Positions 60,140 to 64,000 of a DNA stretch of 64,000 nucleotides are shown here, piece after piece; positions within the stretch are counted from its first letter, which is position 1, and each line of letters opens with the position of its first letter. A model generated the notes under the pieces. It made no database searches and had not been told where the DNA came from. It saw nothing but the letters and a program-made list of their open reading frames with translations. Source of the DNA: Leucoraja ocellata (Eukaryota). The stretch covers positions 4,774,001 to 4,838,000 of the forward strand of contig JAWMAR010000070.1 of assembly GCA_036785375.1 (NCBI GenBank), written 5' to 3'. The translations under genes and the position numbers were made by a program.

Positions 60140-61920
60140 CGTTAAAGGTGAATTTATTATGGGGAACAAGGAAAAGGCAGATGAGATGAACAGATACATT
60201 GGATCTGTCTTCACTAAGGAGGACACAAACAATCTTCATGATATAGAAGTGGCCAGAGGATCTGGGGGTGACAGAGGAACTGAAGGAAATCCACAATAGG
60301 CAGGAAATGGTGTTGGATAGACTGATGGGACTGAAGGCTGCTAAATCCCGAGGGCCTGATGGTCTGCATCCCAGGGTACTTAAGGAAGTGACTCTAGAAA
60401 TCGTGGATGCATTGGTGATAATTTTCTATAGACTCAGGATTCGTTCCTGTGGATTGTTATTCCCTGTCCCACCATTGGATGTTATTCCACTTTTTAAGAA
60501 AGGCGGGAGAGAGAAAACAGGGAATTATAGACCAGTTAGCCTGACATCGGTGGTGGGGAAGATGCTGGAGTCAATTATAAAAGGTGAAATAGCCGAACAT
60601 TTGGATAGCAGTAACAGGATCGGTCCGAGTCAACATGGAATTACGAAGGGGAAATCATGCTTGCCTAATCTTCTGGAATTTTTTGAAGATGTAAGTAGGA
60701 AAATGGACAAGGGAGAGCCAGTGGATGTAATGTACCTGGGCTTTCAGAAAGCATTTGATAAAGTCCCACATAGGAGATTAATGGGCAAAATTAGGGCACA
60801 TGGTATTGGGGGTTGAGTGCTGACACGGATAAGAAGTGGTTGGCAGACAGGAAGCAGAGAGTTGGGATTAAAAGGTCCCTTTCAGAATGGCAGGCAGTGA
60901 CTAGTGGAGTACCGCAAGGCTCGGTACGGGGACCGCAGCAATTTACAATATACATTAATGATTTGGATGAAGGGATTGAAAATAACATTAGCAAATTTGC
61001 AGATAACACAAAGCTGGGTGGCAGTGTGAACTGCGAGGAGGATGCTATGAGAATGCAGGGTGAATTGGGCAGGTCGGAGGAGTGGGCAGATGCATGGCAG
61101 ATGAAGTTTAATGCGGATAAATGTTAGGTTATCCACTTTCGTAGCAAAAACAGGAAGGCAGATTACTATCTAAATGGTGTCAAGTTGGGAAAAGGGGAAG
61201 TACAACGGGATCTGGGGGGTCCTTGTACATCAGTCTATGAAAGTAAGCATGCTGGTACAGCAGGCAGGCAAGAAATCGAATGGCATGTTGGCCTTTATAA
61301 CAAGAGGAATCGAAAATAGGAGGAAAGAGGTCCTACTGCAGTTGTACAGAGCCCTAGTGAGACCACACCTGGAGTCTTGTGTGCAGCTTTGGTCCCCTAA
61401 TTTGAGGAAGGGCATTCTTGCTATTGAGGGAGTGCAGCGTAGGTTTACAAGGTTAATTCCCGGGATGGCGGGACTGTCATATGCTGAGAGAACGGAGCAG
61501 CTGGGCTTGTACACTCTGGAGTTTAGAAGGTTGAGAGGAGATCACATTGAAACATATGATTGTTAAGGGCTTGGACACGTTAGAGGCAGGAAACATGTTC
61601 CCGATGTTGGGGGAATCCGGAACCAGGGGCCAGAGTTTAAGAATATGGAGTAAGCCATTTAGAACGGATATAAGGAAACACATTTTGTCACAGAGAGTGG
61701 TGAGTCTGTGGAATTCTCTGCCGCAGAGGGCGGTGGAGGCAGGTTCTCTGGATGCTTTCAAGAGAGAGCTAGATAGGGCTCTTAAACATAGTGGAGTTAG
61801 TGGATATGGGGAGAAGGCAGGAACGGGGTACTGATTGGGAATGATCAGCCAAGATCACATTGAATGGCGGTGCTAGCTAGAAGGGCCAAATGGCTTACTC
61901 CTGCATCTATTGTCTATGTC
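60140..61920 (+). mobile_element. CR1 LINE ORF2 (degenerate RT domain) to 3' end
   Basis: GPDGLHPRVLKE, NYRPVSLTS, QHG..KGKSC, KAFDKVPH, SGVPQGSV, KFADNTK, RPHLE; frameshifted. Confidence 0.92.
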
Positions 61921-64000
61921 TCCCTTAAAAATATCCACAGATGTTCTCTGGATACTTTCAAGAGAGAGCTTGATAGGCCTCTTGAAGATAGCAGAGTCAG
62001 GGGATCTGGGGAAAGGGCAGGAACGGGGTACTGATTGGGGATGATCAGCCATGATCACATTGAATGGTGGTGTTGGCTCGAGGGGCCGGATGGCCTACTC
62101 CTGCACCTATTGTCTATTGTCTATTGAGTTCCACAGATTCATCACCCTCTGACTATAGGTTTATTGAGCAATTCTTTGCAATAATGCATCTGCAACTTAC
62201 ATATCAACTGTGCCTTAAAGGTGTGTAAAAGTCTTGAGATTCTTCACAGCACCATGGTCAGGTTGAATTTGGCATCGAATCACATGCTGGTTAGATATAC
62301 AGCATGGAAACAGACCCTTCGGCCCACCGAGTCCATGCTGACCATCGATCACCCGTTCACACTAGTCCCACATCCACACACCACGTATGCATGCACTCCC
62401 TACACATTGAGTGCAATTCGACAAGAGGGCCAATTAACCTACAGAGCCACACGTCTTTGGGATGTGGGAGGAAGCCGGAGCACCCAGAAGACCCACGCTG
62501 TCACAGGGAGAACGTGCAAACTCCTTACTGATAGCGCCGGAGATCAGAATCGAACCGGGGTCTCTGGGGGCGGTTGCAGTTCCACCTACAGCTAACCCAA
62601 CCCCACAAATATCACCCAGAACAAGCCTCGCCATCTCCAGTGTAGCAGTGTTACAACACAATGTGAGCAACTCACGTCAAAATAGGTTGAGAAACAGGAA
62701 GCCACAAGGAAGTACAGATGCAGTAATATCTGATAGTCTGCTCGGGTAGATTGCAACCCAATGGTGGGAACATTGAATTTTCTAGTTTTAAGTAACTAAC
62801 CCACAACAATCCTTTCCACTAACCTCCGTCCCTTTCCACATATATATATCCTTTCTTCCAGCTTCACATTTCATGCCTCTTCTCTCCATATCTCACAGCC
62901 TTTTATCTTCTTTCCATCTCTGGCCTTCATCCACCCATCAGCCAATAACCCTCCCTCCCTCACCTGTATCCACCTATCACTTGCCAGGCATCATCCTCCC
63001 CCCACCTCTCTCCCAGCTCTCTCCCCCCTACCACAATCAGCCTGAAGAAGGGTCCCAACCCAAAACGTCACCTATCCATGTTCTCTGGAGATGCTGCCTG
63101 GCCCATTTACTCCAGCATTACATGTCTGTTTTTGAGAAATAGGAAGTTGTGAAGTTGATAAGAAGATTTGAACACCAGTGTAAATATTTTGAAACCAAGT
63201 CATTGGTTCTTCGGGTTAGGGTTGGTATGACTATGCAGGGTGGGTTATCAGGTCTGTGAGGTGTGGAGAACTATGGTCAAGTCCAAATCCACCCACATGT
63301 CACATTGCCAGGGTGAGTGGGGCAGAGCAGGGCGGGGCACTGGCACCGGCGTTAAACTCATAGAGTCATACAGCACAGAAACAGGCCCTTCTTCCCAACT
63401 TGACCATGCTGACCAAACTGCCCACCTGCACTAGTTTAGTATAGAGGTACAGCGTGGAAACTGGCCCTTCGGCCCACCGAGTCCACACCAAACAGCAATC
63501 CCCACACATTAACACTATCCTACACGCACTAGGGACTATTTACACTTATTCCAAGCCAACTAACCTACAAACCTATACGTTTTTAGAGTGTGGAAGGAAA
63601 CTGAAGATCTCGGAGAAAACCCAGGCGGTCACGTGGAGAACGTACAAACTCCATACAGACAGCACCCGTAGTCGGGATCAAACCCGACTGTAAGCGCTGT
63701 AAGTCAGCAGCTCTACCACTGTTCCACCATGCCGCACTAGTCCACTAGTCCCACTTGCCCCCGTTTGACCCATCTCCTCTTATATCGGTAAAGATCCAGT
63801 TTTTACCCTCAGTCCCGAGGTAGTGTCTCGGCCGGAATACAAACATACACTTTTTGTCTCCACAGATGCTGCTTGACCCGTTGAGTTTTTCAGGTGTTCT
63901 GCCTATTGTTCCAGATTCTAGTATATGCAATCTCCTTTATCTTCTCCCCTCACACAACCCTAATCCTACCTCAACAATATTATCTCACAGAAGCTGATGG

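Larger units (their letters stand above)
57439..64000 (+). repeat. Start of segmental duplication unit D (gene expected beyond the window)
   Basis: Collinear with 32160..37460. Confidence 0.88.

Overview
Vertebrate genomic DNA, most likely from a cartilaginous fish (skate/ray-like), judged from its repeats: CR1 LINEs with (CTATGTTT)n tails, tRNA-derived SINEs, Rex1/Babar LINEs and Penelope-type short repeats. The window is a tandem array of segmental duplications (units about 1-17975, 17976-32159, 32160-57438, and a fourth starting near 57439 that runs off the edge). Each complete unit holds one spliced + strand gene for a CD300/pIgR-like (CMRF35-like) receptor. The layout is: leader exon, 4, 2 or 4 phase-1 V-type Ig exons, Ser/Thr-rich stalk exon, then a TM exon with an intramembrane Arg and almost no tail (activating-type). 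I assembled all three genes in frame (555, 337, 552 aa). Main observations: (i) all ten V domains lack the second (C-C') disulfide typical of CD300/pIgR, and their loops vary in a patchwork way; (ii) the Ig exons look like interchangeable cassettes, each preceded by a 50-nt sequence complementary to an upstream arm, resembling Dscam docking/selector splicing (a hypothesis only); (iii) a chimeric stalk exon could give soluble isoforms; (iv) a gag-PR-IN Gypsy element lacking RT sits about 270 bp upstream of gene 3; (v) minimal hammerhead-ribozyme motifs occur in intronic repeats. Repeat boundaries are approximate, and nothing was checked against databases or RNA data.
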